Shown here: positions 52,001-64,000 of the stretch, piece by piece | Numbering within the stretch: the first letter of the stretch is position 1 | Layout: each line of letters begins with the position of its first letter | Source of the DNA: Auanema rhodensis | Lineage: Eukaryota; Animalia; Nematoda | DNA length: 64,000 nt | Assembly (NCBI GenBank): GCA_964057225.1 | Contig: OZ059895.1 | Location: 7,812,001-7,876,000, forward strand | Direction: 5' to 3' | Notes under the pieces: model-generated | Database searches by the model: none | Seen by the model: only the letters and a program-made list of their open reading frames with translations | What the model was told of the DNA's origin: nothing | Program-made: the position numbers and the translations under genes

Positions 52001-55000
52001 GGTAGAATTTGTAGAACTTCTTCTTGAAAATGGTGTTTCTATGAAACATTTTTTATCCGTTAATATGTTAGAACAACTTTATAATCTGGTAAATATGTGA
52101 GAAACAATAAATTATCCTATAATTGTATTTTAGGATGAAAATCCAGCACATAGTGTTCGATTTCTTGTTGAAAATGGGCATGATCAATCAATCTATCTTA
52201 CATTACCTGACATTGGAATTTTGATTGAAAAACTAATAGGAAATGCTTATAAGCATTACTATACATCACGCCATTTTAAGCGAAATTACGAACATTTTCG
52301 AAAAAAAGTTCAAGTAAGTTGTAAAAAAAACATTTAACTTTAATTTTTATTTTTTATATTAATATACTATAATATTTATTTTTATATATTATACTGTATA
52401 ATTACTTTATAATACTTAACCACTTGTATTAAACAAAACGTTGATAATACCTCAATTACTTAATGTAAAAACCAGTTTTTTTTAAAATCCTGACCTGCTT
52501 ATATTTATTTTTCTTTCAATACAAAACATATTTTTAATAATTTTGTTATTATATTTGAAATGATATTCTAGTTATCCCGATTAAGTACATTTCACATTCG
52601 GTTGGTATCACGAACAGGGGTTAAACGAGAAAAAACCGATAGAAATGGATCAGGTCCGAGATATCTTGGATTTTCAATTTCAATAAGTAATATTGCTTTT
52701 AGAACATACAGATGATTTCTTATATCCATTTAACGATCTTATGCTTTGGGCTATTCTTACACGTAGACCTGAAATGGCTCATTGTATGTGGCTTCATGGA
52801 GAAGATGCTATGGCTAAAGGACTTGTTGCTATCAGGTTTAGTCATTATCAATAATTTTCAAAGAATAAAAAGAAAGAAAAACAATACAAACCAATAGAAA
52901 CACTGAAAAGCTGGTGATTGTGTTTTTTTGCGTTAGATTAATTCTCAGCCATTCTCGTGGGATAGGATTACTGTAGATTGTCTGCTCTAATTGGCTATAT
53001 AATTAATTCATGCATCATACCGTAGTTTCATGGGTATATTTGAATCTTTAACATACTAGATGCCATTTTAAAACTAAAAAAATTATAAATATCGAAAGAT
53101 AAGTTTCAGTTTTGAATTAAATATTCTAGATTATATAAAGCCATTGGGCGTATTGCTGAAGAAGAATATCTTGAAGTTGAAGTAGCCAATAAGCTCCGAG
53201 AGTATGCTGAGTAAGAAGAGCTGAAGTTTCTTCCAAAAATAATTTTTGACAATATTTTAGTGCATTTCGATCAGAATGTCTTGGTTTATTAGATTTTTGC
53301 TATCGTGAAGATAATGAACAGACATTACGCTTGCTTACTGCTGAATTGCCACATTGGGGTCATCACAATTGTCTTTCACTAGCTGTTCTTGCAAATAACA
53401 AAACTTTTCTAGCTCATCCATGGTAACTTTATTTTATCTTTTTATTTTTCTAATTTGGAATTTAAGCTGTCAAATGCTATTAGCTGAGTTGTGGCACGGC
53501 TCGTTACGAGTTCGAAGGTAAAACTCATGAATACATCTTAGAAACTAATATAATAATTAATTTAGTGGTTCAAATGTTCGAGTTGTAACAGCTTTGATAT
53601 GTCCACCAGCTGCTTTAGCTTTAGCATTCAAAGCTCCACAGATTTATCCAGAAGCCGATAGCAGCAGTGTTCAAGATTCTGATTCTAAAAAGGATGATCA
53701 AGTTAGATTTAGTTATGCTAAACGTATTATACTTCTGAATATGTTCAGGAAACATTTTACGATACAATGAGTTCTTATCAAGATATGAGAAATAATCAAA
53801 CGTCTAAACCAGTATCTAATGGAATGGGAAGTGTTATGTCGCTACATTTGAATAAAGTATAATAAACTTTGTACTTTGATATAGCTTCAACATGATTTTT
53901 AAGCTTTTCAAACAGCCTACTCGAACTTTTAAAAGTTCACGTACAGGAGAAGAAATGGAAGAACTAATGGAAAATGGATTACCTGCTACAGCAAACAATC
54001 TTCAGTCACATAAAAAGGTTAATATAGACATAAAGCTTTATAATTTATAATAATATCATTTCAGTCCATACTACCAACATCAAAGAAGAATAGCACAGCC
54101 TTAATGTATGACAGTACAGCTTCACTTGTGACTGCAGTAAGTTCAACTTATTACAAGCATGAATGATCGCTATAGAAATTTCAGCAAATTCAAACTTTAA
54201 CAGCATATGCTAAATTCCGAGCATTCTATTCAGCCCCAATAACAAAGGTACTAGCATTACTTTAAATATCTAAAACTATATAGAAATTGTTTTTAGTTTT
54301 GGTCATGGTGTATAGCTTTTCATGTATTCCTGGCTATGTCAACGTTTGTGCTGCTCATTGAAACACCTCATAAGCCGACAAAAATAGAATGGGCAACATT
54401 AGTCTTCATTATTGTATTTGCAATGGAACATTTACGAAAAGTAATCGTTTTGAATTTAAAGTATTGAAGAACAGTGGCAAGCGCTTAATCTATTTCAGTT
54501 ATTCTGTCAGGAGACACCGAGAATTTGGAGCAAATGTCGAATGTTTTATGGAAGGTTAATATCGAATTTAATAGATTTACATCTATATATATAGTTAAAA
54601 TATTTTAGATATTATAATGTTTTAACACTATTAGCGTTAATTCTATTCTTAGTTGGTTTTGGAATGAGATTAAGTCCGGTACAAGATACAAGGCAATCAT
54701 ATGGTCGTGTTATACTATCATGTAGTAATGTATTATGGTATATGAAGGTATATATGATTTATATGAATTTAATATATTATTTCATGTTTGACTTTTAAGG
54801 TTCTTGAATTTCTATCAGTTCATCCATTACTTGGACCATACATTCAAATGGCAGCAAAAATGGTTGTATCAATGTGCTATATCATTGTTTTGTTATTAGT
54901 AACTCTTATGGCATTTGGTGTATCACGTCAAGCTATTACATATCCTCACGAAAAATGGGATTGGATTCTAGTACGGTATGTTAATTATATGATATAATAG

Positions 55001-57040
55001 TTAATTATATAATTATATATATATATATATACTTTCAGAAATATATTTTATAAACCATATTTTATGTTATACGGGGAAGTATATGCTGGAGAAATTGATA
55101 CATGTGGTGATGAAGGTAAATTTCATTTTAACGTATTATACATACGTATACTATTATAATTTATAAAATAATATATTATATGCTTTTTTCAATGTTTTAT
55201 CTTGATTAAAACATAGAATTCGTAAACATTTTATTCAAATATTTAGCAATGCGAGCTTATCGAAATAATGAAACATTCCAAGGTTTGTTGATTGTCGTGC
55301 CGTGATGTATAATAATAATGATTTTTTCTGATATTTTTGTAATCTATAATTGGCTTTCTTATATTTTATTATTTTCTTCTTTTTTTTGAGAAAAAAAAAC
55401 ATGGCACGTAATCGTTTTCTAACTGTAGTTATACTATAGTAGCATATTCAAGTAAACTATGTGGAATAGTTATAATAAGTTTAATTATAATTTATAAAAA
55501 ATAATTTTAAGGTGTTCATTGTGTTCCTGGTGGATGGATACCTCCAATTCTCATGACGATCTTTCTACTTGTTGCAAATATTTTGTTAATTAACATGTTA
55601 ATAGCCATTTTCAAGTAAGTATAGTATCAAACATAATATATATATATTATAATTTAATTATTCTAGCAATATATTTAACGATACAAATGTACGATCAAAA
55701 GAAGTTTGGCTATTTCAGGTATTATAATTATTCTTTTTGAAATTAAATTTATATAATATTCAGAGATATGGTCAAATTATGGAATATAATGATACACCTT
55801 TACTTCCTCCACCTTTTACAATCATATCACATATTATATACGTTGTCATGTACTTTTGTAGGGTAAAATAGTTTTTTTTGGATTCATTAACTATACTGAT
55901 TATATTATTTTTACAGAAAGATATGTCAAAAAAGAAGAAGAAACAACAAGCATCTGTTGGATTACTTGACTTTTCAATGAGTAAATATTTCTTCTCAAGT
56001 TTGTTTCAGAAAAGATAATTTCAGAGTTGAATCTGAGGCCAGAAGAATTACGAGAATTACATGATTTTGAAGAAGATTGTATGGATGAATTAACAAGAAA
56101 ACGATTAACAAGAGTCAAAGGCACTACGGAAGAACGATTTTCACAAGCCATTGATCAGTTAGACTTTTTAAAAAAAAAATATGTGAATATGAATTATAGA
56201 GCTGAATCTACATCACAACGAGTATCAGAATTGTTGTTGGAGAATTTTTCATTGAAAAATCGAATTTGTGACATGGAAAGTCGATTTGAATGGATGATGA
56301 AAGCTCAACGAGAAGTGTTAGATCTGTTACGAGATGGCAGATCACCAACATTAGTTTCAAGAAATGTAAATATTAATTATAATATATATATATATATATA
56401 TTTATATAAAAAAACTAATTATATAATCTAGAATCGAGAATCAGTTCGTGGCTCATCATTATCATTACCAGATACAACAGATTGTCAAGCAGGGTAGGAG
56501 AACGAAAGATAAAAAAATTATGAATTTTCAAATTATTTCAGTATTTCGGGAAAGAAAGGAAAAGAAGTTACATCTATAACAGATCATATTCTTCTATCAG
56601 CTCATGTTGATGAACGAAGACTCAATAGTCCATCACCTTTACTAACTCATCTTCGTCGAGATCACATTCTACGAAAATATGATGAGGTAAGCTATGCTAT
56701 ACTTTTATTTGTAAACTATACTATATAGTTCTTTTGTTTTATTTTATTAAAACTTTCATCAAATTCTTTCATTTTGTTTAATTTTGCGTTACAGGCTCGA
56801 TATCAATCTCCCCTCATCAAACGACGTCCACGATTGAATTCTTCGTCACAATCTATATCACAAGATATCAAAGAAATGGAAAATGGGTATAATTTTAATA
56901 TAAATTATATTCAAATAGTTAATTATAATAATTTCCTAATTAATATTATATTTAGATTAAAAAGAGATGATGATACTGATGATGAAATGATACCAGATGT
57001 TATTGTACATGAAGCAACACCATGTGGAGATGACTGTTGA
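46031..57040 (+). CDS. gtl-1: TRPM cation channel of the GON-2/GTL-1 clade (about 40 exons)
   Basis: First exon 46031-46074 ([15 protein letters not shown]) joins 49554. MHR motifs [93 protein letters not shown] and [10 protein letters not shown]. Pore [13 protein letters not shown]6 [20 protein letters not shown] box WLFQRY, LPPPF, C-terminal coiled coil; TGA at 57038-57040. TRPM is certain; gtl-1 versus gon-2 is less so. Confidence 0.9.
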
Positions 57041-57918
57041 ATTATAACAAATAACAGAAATGAAACATAATTAAATATGAAAAAGAAAAGAAAATAAGTT
57101 TAAAATAATTTTTAAATCTATTATTCTCGTCATATTTGCCTTAAATTCTTAATTCCAATTTCTTTCTTTTTGTTAATTATACATATATAATAATTGGTCC
57201 AAAATTATCTTGTTCGTTGTTATGAGTGCTTTATGTGAATTTTTTAAAATTATGTTTTACTTACAAATTATTTGCATATAATTCATTGAATGCGAGGTTG
57301 TTATCGGGTATAATTATTATAAATTAGGATTCGATCCCAACACAAATACTTTTTTTATCTCAATTTCATCTTCACTCCACTTCATATGCTTGTTAATCTT
57401 ATTAAATTAGTTGTTTTTCTTCTTCTTCATATAAGTTTAACGAATATTTGTTTTATAATTAGTTTTGAATTTTTATAATTCTTTCTATTTTATTTTCTGC
57501 TCAATAGAAAACAAAAGTTGTCATAAAATATTTAAATTATTTGTTTTTTTTTATTTTGGTATTAAATACTATATTCATATATATTATATCTGAAGGCCCC
57601 GAACAATCTCTTAATTCCTTATTTCTATTTCCAAATTACTTTGGCGTCATATTGCATAAACTATACATTCACATACATTCATATATATATAGCTCAAACA
57701 TATTATTTGAAATAGTTATATGTATGTATAGCTTATTAATAAAATATTTATGTATCTACAGTTCTGTGCAATGAAAGTAGGACACTTCTTGAGAGAGCCC
57801 AAACAACCCCGATCGAACTACAAAAAAAAATTTCAAAAATTAATTTATGCTATGCTATGAAGTTTTTCAATACTCATCATATTAATTGAACTTTATATAT
57901 AAGTTATATCTTATATAT

Positions 57919-57953
<35 letters not shown>

Positions 57954-58648
57954 TGTATCTAGTATTATCAGTATGAACATTTTCTTTTCTTAACATTAAT
58001 TAGATTTTAAAATCGGAAGTCAATACGGTGTCAAAGGATAATTATTGATAAGAGCTTCAAACTTCATAATCAGATAGATAGGAAAATATTCTTAATTTTT
58101 ATTTTATTTAAGAATTAAAAATGCTTTATAGGTATTGTACAATAATACTAAAAATGAACAAATCTTAATTTAATATGAATCAACATAATGTAATTTTAAG
58201 CTCGGACTTAAGAAGATAAGTTTGAAATATCAAACTTATTTTTGCACTTCAATCCAAAAATTAATATTATTCATGATTTCAAACAAATCTTATATATGTA
58301 GATGAGGCTTAAAATGAATGAATCATCTTGAAATAAAGATTAATCAACGAATTTTTTTTTATTTGTATATGAAAAGGATTAGAAATCTCGAATTTCCAAG
58401 TAATTTGTAGAAGATAACAATATAACAATCATACATATCATATAATATATATGTTAGTATCAGACTTATCTGGAAAAAACTGAAAATAAGCTATATGATT
58501 CATTAGATTAATTTGATTAAATGACGTCTTATCTATCAATTATAATCATCTTTCTAAGGAAAATAAGCTTTCTTAAACTCACAAAATATTATAAAAGAGA
58601 GATATCAACTTCTAATCATCGTCATTTTTTGATTTTTGCTTGTCAGAC

Positions 58649-61040
58649 ATGCGAAAGATAATTTTGATTGCATCTGCTATATTCCTATTGGGTTAGTGAT
58701 TTTTTTAAAAATATTTTTGTGGTTTTTATTGTTTTATTATCTTAGCTAATGCTTGTCCTTATGGATGGTCAGAAGATGATGATTCTCTTTGCTACAAGGT
58801 TTGTTTTCTTTAATTTTCAGCTTTTTCTCAGATACAACTCTATTTAGGTATTCAATGAACCAGTTTCGAAAGATTTTGCTAAACAAAGATGCATATCATT
58901 AGGTGGAAATTTAGCTATGCCAACTAATGCTTTTGTAAGTTTTTTTAATTTTTAATTAATTAATTAATTTAATAAATAAAATTTATTATTCATTTCTAGA
59001 GTAATGCCCATATTCTATCATTAGCTGGTTCATGCAAAAATTTATGGCTTGGAATTCAATGTTATGGACCAAATCGTACAGATTGTGTATATGATAATGG
59101 AATTGATTTAACTCCAAACTCTTATTATAACTTTTTAGGAAGTAATTATATATTATTTTATTTATTTATTCATTGTATATTCTATTTTCAGCTGATTCAC
59201 ATCTTTATACCACCACTGCTATGTATACATATGGACCACAATCTGGAAAATGGTTCAGTAGAGCCGATAGTATGAATGCTGATGGCTATATATGTCAATT
59301 AGTTAATAATAGTAATATTATTATATTTATTTATATATAAATTGAATAATATTTATAGATACACAAACATGTCCACCTGGGTATTCACTGAATGGAAGTA
59401 ATAATCAATGTTATCTTGTTCTTTCCTCACCTTTATCTTATGATGAAGCTGATCAAATTTGTAAAGCCAATTGTGGTCATGTAGCAACTCCTGTAAATGA
59501 TGCTGTAAGTTCAAACGTTTTCTTTTTTATTATATTTTGTTATTATTTAAAGGAAAATGTTTATTTAACATCATTAGCCATGAGTAATCGTCAATCATCT
59601 AATTATGTTGCTTTGGGAATTACGTATAATGGATATCAGTATATTGATTCTAACACTAATCAATCAATTAAATATCAAAATTTTGGTAATTCAGTTGATT
59701 TTAAGTAATTATTTTGATGAATAATCTGTTTTCTAGGATATAAGAATAGCAATCTTGGTAATTGTGTTGGATTATCTTTAATTAATGAAGTTGTTCCACA
59801 AGGAAAATGGATTAATACTTATTGCTCAGAACCATTGACTACAGTATGTCGAACAGGTTTTCATTCAGTGTACTGTAATTACATAATTATTTCTTTTTTA
59901 AGGTCTTGGATCATATCCATGCAGTTATGTACCTATAGTAAAGTCTACTACTATTACAACTACTAGAAGAACTACAACAACTCGTGCACCAACTACAACA
60001 ACAACAATACCTCATGTAAAACAATGTACAGCTCCATATTATTTTGAAAACAGTGGATCTGTAAGTTTGAATATAATTTATATAATATAGTTTATAAATT
60101 ATGATTTAAGATTTATTCTCCTAATTATCCAAATACATTTTATGGAGAATATTGTTCTTATATCATTTATGCTCCTACAGGATATAGTCCTTCCATTCTA
60201 TTCCGTGAAATATTACTTGGTGGAAACAGTACTATAGAGATATACAACTCTTATACTGATATCATTCCAGCTTACACGTATGTTTATAAATATAATAATT
60301 TATAGATATATATTTATATATTTAGCATATATTATGCATCTGATGTTGGTAAAAATTTCACTTCCACAGCTGAAATAATGAAAGTTGTCTCAAAAACTCC
60401 AATGATTGGAAATAATCGTTTCAAAATTGAATTTTCGAGCGGTCCATCTTCTTTACCAACAACAATACCACCAAGAACAACAAAGGCAGTTACAGTTCCG
60501 CCAACTCATACAGTCTTAGAATCAGGTTGTAATGCTGATTTCATCACTGCTCCTGGTGTGGTATGTAGATGAATTATTTCAATCTTTATATATATATATA
60601 TTATTAATTATAGATAACAAGTCCAAATTATCCAAATAATTATGAGAAACATACATATTGCTATTATCCTATGGTTACTACACTTGGACATAGGTTCATA
60701 TTTTAATTTACTTACTTTATTTTTTTAAATATTTATTATAAATACATAAATAATTATATTTATTATAATTTATAGAATTGCTATTAATTTCACGGATGTT
60801 CGTACAAATAATTGGGATGCCATTGAAATTTATGATGGAACAGATCGTGATCGTCTTATAGGAAGGTAATATTCTTTTGTAACATTTTGTAATTTAAAAA
60901 ATTTATTTTTAAGTATTTCTGGTTCAAACCCTAATTCTCAAAGAGTTTTCAAGTCATCCGGACACAAAATGTTGGCAACATTCATAACAAGTGGCGCTTA
61001 TTCTGCACCTGGATTTACAGCTACATTCTACGGATTTTAA
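58649..61040 (+). CDS. Secreted C-type lectin/CUB protein (SP-CTLD-CTLD-Thr-rich-CUB-Thr/Pro-CUB), clec family
   Basis: Signal peptide MRKIILIASAIFLLANA; CPYGW...CYKVF...C..LGGNLA...LWLGIQC; second CTLD CPPGY...CYLV...C...CGHVA...KWINTYC; TTTRRTTTT linker; CUB repeats IYSPNYP..C.Y.I and ITSPNYPNNYE...CYY...IEIYDG...GFTATFYGF*. AATAAA follows about 10 nt after the stop. Confidence 0.9.
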
Positions 61041-61604
61041 CTGTTAAATAATAAACTTCTTTTAATTTATTTTGTATGTATAACTATATTTACTATACGA
61101 TAGAAAATGTTGAAACAAAATTGAAATACAAAGCTTCAACTAGAAAATACTCTAAGAGCAGTGTGAAGAGTTGAGATAATTGCCAGAAAACATAGAGATT
61201 CAAAAGATATTTTCATCAAAAGTTAATATGTATCATATAATACATTTATAATATTTAATAAATTAAAGAAAAATATTTATTTTCAGACAAAAAAACATAA
61301 AAAAATATTTTACAACTGCAATGTACTCGTAAGATTCATGAAATTTCTTTTTTCTTCATCTAAGTGAAAGTTATAACTTGATGTAATTCTAAATTATTTC
61401 ATAACATTATTAGAAAAAAAAAGAAAATTCTTAAGGATAATTCAATTTTCTTTAAAATTACAACGAAAAATTTGATTGAATTGTTATTAATGCGAGAACA
61501 TGATTTTGGTTGAGATATGTATATCTATTACTTGATATCCCATACCCGAATCTAACACATATTTTCTTTTTTTAGTTAAAAAAAAAGATTTTCTTCTCTT
61601 AATA

Positions 61605-63210
61605 TTAATTTAAAAGATCAATATTTGTTAGATTTTGATTGGGTACTTGACTATGAGTTTGGTGGGAAGTATCCATAGAAGATGTTTGAGTAGATGGATG
61701 AATTGATGTTGTTGGTCCTCCTAATATAATATTTTCAAAATTATCTTCTGATGTTGCCAAGTCACGTGCAAATGGATTTGTAACAGATAATTCAGAATGG
61801 TGATCGTGTGTTTGCATCTGGTTACTTCTTGTAATAGTTGCAACATCATGATCCGAAAGTGAATGAGTTGTGGCAGAGGGAGTAAAATTGGAATCAATTG
61901 TACTATGGGGTTGAACTGGATAAGAGTTCTCAGAAGCATAATTATTATAAAAATTTGAAGAATCTTGAGCAAAACCAGCAGGAATGTTGTTAGCGACATA
62001 TTGAGTTTGCTGGTTTTCTTGCACTTGTTCTAGCACATATTCCGGTATTGGTTCTGATTGGTGCTGTTGGAGGTGTTCCTGCTGCTCTTGTTGTTGCTCT
62101 TGTTGTTGCTCTTGTTGTTGCTGCTGCTGCTGTTGTTGTTGTTGTTGTTGTTGTTGTTGAATTGACATATGTTGCTGAGTTTGGGTGATAAGGCTTTCTG
62201 GTCTAAGTGGGCTAACAGTCTGATTATAAACAGCAGGTGTTGCAGATAGAGCTTCAGCGTAGCAAGGCGGCTTGTCTGGTAATGGCTGTTCATCTGAATC
62301 AGAATCATATAAATAGAATTCTAAAATATGTGTTTTATACTTGTTGATGTTTGGCCACAATCAGCATTTGTAGTTGGTGTTGGATTTGGATTAGGATTTG
62401 AAATGGTATATCTAGGAGGTGCTGGTGGCATTTGACCAAATTGATTCTGATATGTAACAATAGCTGAATTACGATCTTGAGGTCTAAAACAGAATATTAC
62501 AAGAAATAATATAAATTCTACTATTATGCCTTTCACGTCGTATAACTTTAAATAGAAGAAGACATAAACGTATTTGATATATTGAACATAGAGTACTGAT
62601 TGAAGTGAAAATAATTGCAAAAATCATTAGAACCATAACTAAAATTATGTCATTATGAGGAAAAAAATACTAAAAATTACATTTTCCTCCAATTTTGTTT
62701 CCACATAGTCCTGAATAAAATATTGAGCATTACTAATAGTATATGAAATGTTGATAAAACCTTTGATTCCTGTTGGAGCGCTGGTTGTCAATTCGTCTAT
62801 AATAGATTTATCCGTAGGGCATGGAAGATTTGATTCATAATTAATTGCCCATATGAGGTAAATAAGGCCAAATACAGCCCAAAAAATATACATTGACTAA
62901 AAATATTATAATTTATTCATATAATAATATGTATAATTTACCAAAAAGCATGTGTATGATAGAATATTTCCAGGTTTTCGTTTATGAACACCATTTGATA
63001 GAACAAATAGCATACAGATACATATAAATAATTCAAATATGTATAAGAAAATATTTGAAGTTAAATATAAAGTTGCAATTTGAGTTAATAATACTACAGA
63101 ACTTACAATACCAACCAAACCCTGAAAAAATTTAACGAAATCCAATAAAATTTTATAAATTATACCGAAAGTGGTTGATTACAAAACATTCTCGGATCAT
63201 TTTCGTACAT
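61605..63210 (-). CDS. Four-TM membrane protein with PPxY motifs and a polyQ cytoplasmic tail (LAPTM-like architecture)
   Basis: ATG at 63210 after a CTTACAG acceptor. Four hydrophobic segments, loop Cys pair (NLPCP...GLCG), then PPAPPRY and DKPPCYAEAL and a long Q/S/T/N-rich last exon ending at 61605. Confidence 0.75.
62079..62159 (-). repeat. Coding CAA/CAG/GAG trinucleotide repeat (polyQ with QQQE units)
   Basis: Encodes QQQQQQQQQQQQQQQEQQQEQQQEQQ in the last exon. Confidence 0.9.
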
Positions 63211-64000
63211 GCTTCAATCTGTAAGAAAAGAAAATTAGTAATGAAAATGAAAAAAATAGAATTGTTTTTTTGAAAAAACAATTATACTGAAATCAGCGAA
63301 ATAATTAGAATAGTGTTGCCAGTAGAAAGTAATGTCAAAAACTGATTATATTCTATAGATAGGAATAGAATTAGAAAGAGATGGAAACAGAAAATCAATA
63401 AATTGATAAGTTTCACAAGAAGAATATTGAATGAAAGATAATTATAGAAGAGTTAAGTATATTTTATAAAAATGAAAAAGAAAATTCTTTGAATTATCAT
63501 CATAAAGAGAAGAAAATCAATATAAAGATGAGAAAAAACATATGAAAGATAATAAAAATGAATCATTATTCATATTTTAATTTGAAAAATTATAATTTTA
63601 TAATAATAATAAATGTAAAAGTAGAAGTAAAAAGTTGTAAGATAATTCTACTATTATAGATATAAATTTATGATAGTTTTAGTGATGAAGATAAAAGTAC
63701 AAATAAAAAAAAGAAGAAGCATAGCCATATTAGGAAGTAAAAATTTGTTTAATAAGAGCATTGAGTAAAGACCATATGTTTCAGATTAATACTCAGTTGA
63801 TACGTACTTATATGACTAAGCTTTTGCTATATATCAAACATTTCAAAATATATAAAACTTTTTTTTTGTCTGTTAAGAATAGTCTAGAAAACTGAAATGT
63901 AAAAAAAAAAATAATTACATATAGTAGATAACTATATCATGTGCATGTGTATATGTTGAGAGTAATAGTGAATAGAAGGTGATGATGTAAGTGAAGGGTA

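Noticed and set aside
62321-62340. Apparent 20-nt intron (GTATAAAACACATATTTTAG) in the four-TM gene
   Set aside because: A downstream GATTCAG acceptor gives a normal 47-nt intron in the same phase.
12770-63940. Recurrent ATAGTTAT/ATAACTAT words in introns and spacers
   Set aside because: Embedded in TA-rich low-complexity tracts; cannot be separated from compositional bias without genome-wide counts.

Overview
Eukaryotic, very AT-rich, intron-dense genomic DNA from a rhabditid-type nematode (42-55 nt GT-AG introns, TTTCAG/TTTTAG-like acceptors, acceptors just upstream of start codons as expected for trans-splicing, (CT)n/(TA)n microsatellites). The ORF track is mostly spurious; genes were rebuilt by hand from splice signals. 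Left to right: 3' part of an MTRES1-like S4-domain gene (+); nlp-15 orcokinin-like neuropeptide precursor (+); glb-6 globin (-); a compact minus-strand block of four genes (orphan, divergent GSK3-like kinase, two divergent TMEM106/LEA_2-like paralogues); tRNA-Val(AAC); a 13 kb non-coding interval dense in TCACGTG/TCATGTG E-boxes; an atypical dual-specificity phosphatase (+); two more identical tRNA-Val(AAC); a GON-2/GTL-1-type TRPM channel (+) with two candidate N-termini; a secreted CTLD-CTLD-CUB-CUB lectin (+); and a four-TM PPxY/polyQ protein (-). Most notable: the TMEM106-like pair next to a MiT/TFE(HLH-30)-type motif field, the one-repeat-per-exon design of nlp-15, unannotated TRPM 5' exons that nest two tRNAs, two GC-AG introns and a weak bantam-family miRNA candidate. 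Homology calls are from recognition, not database searches.
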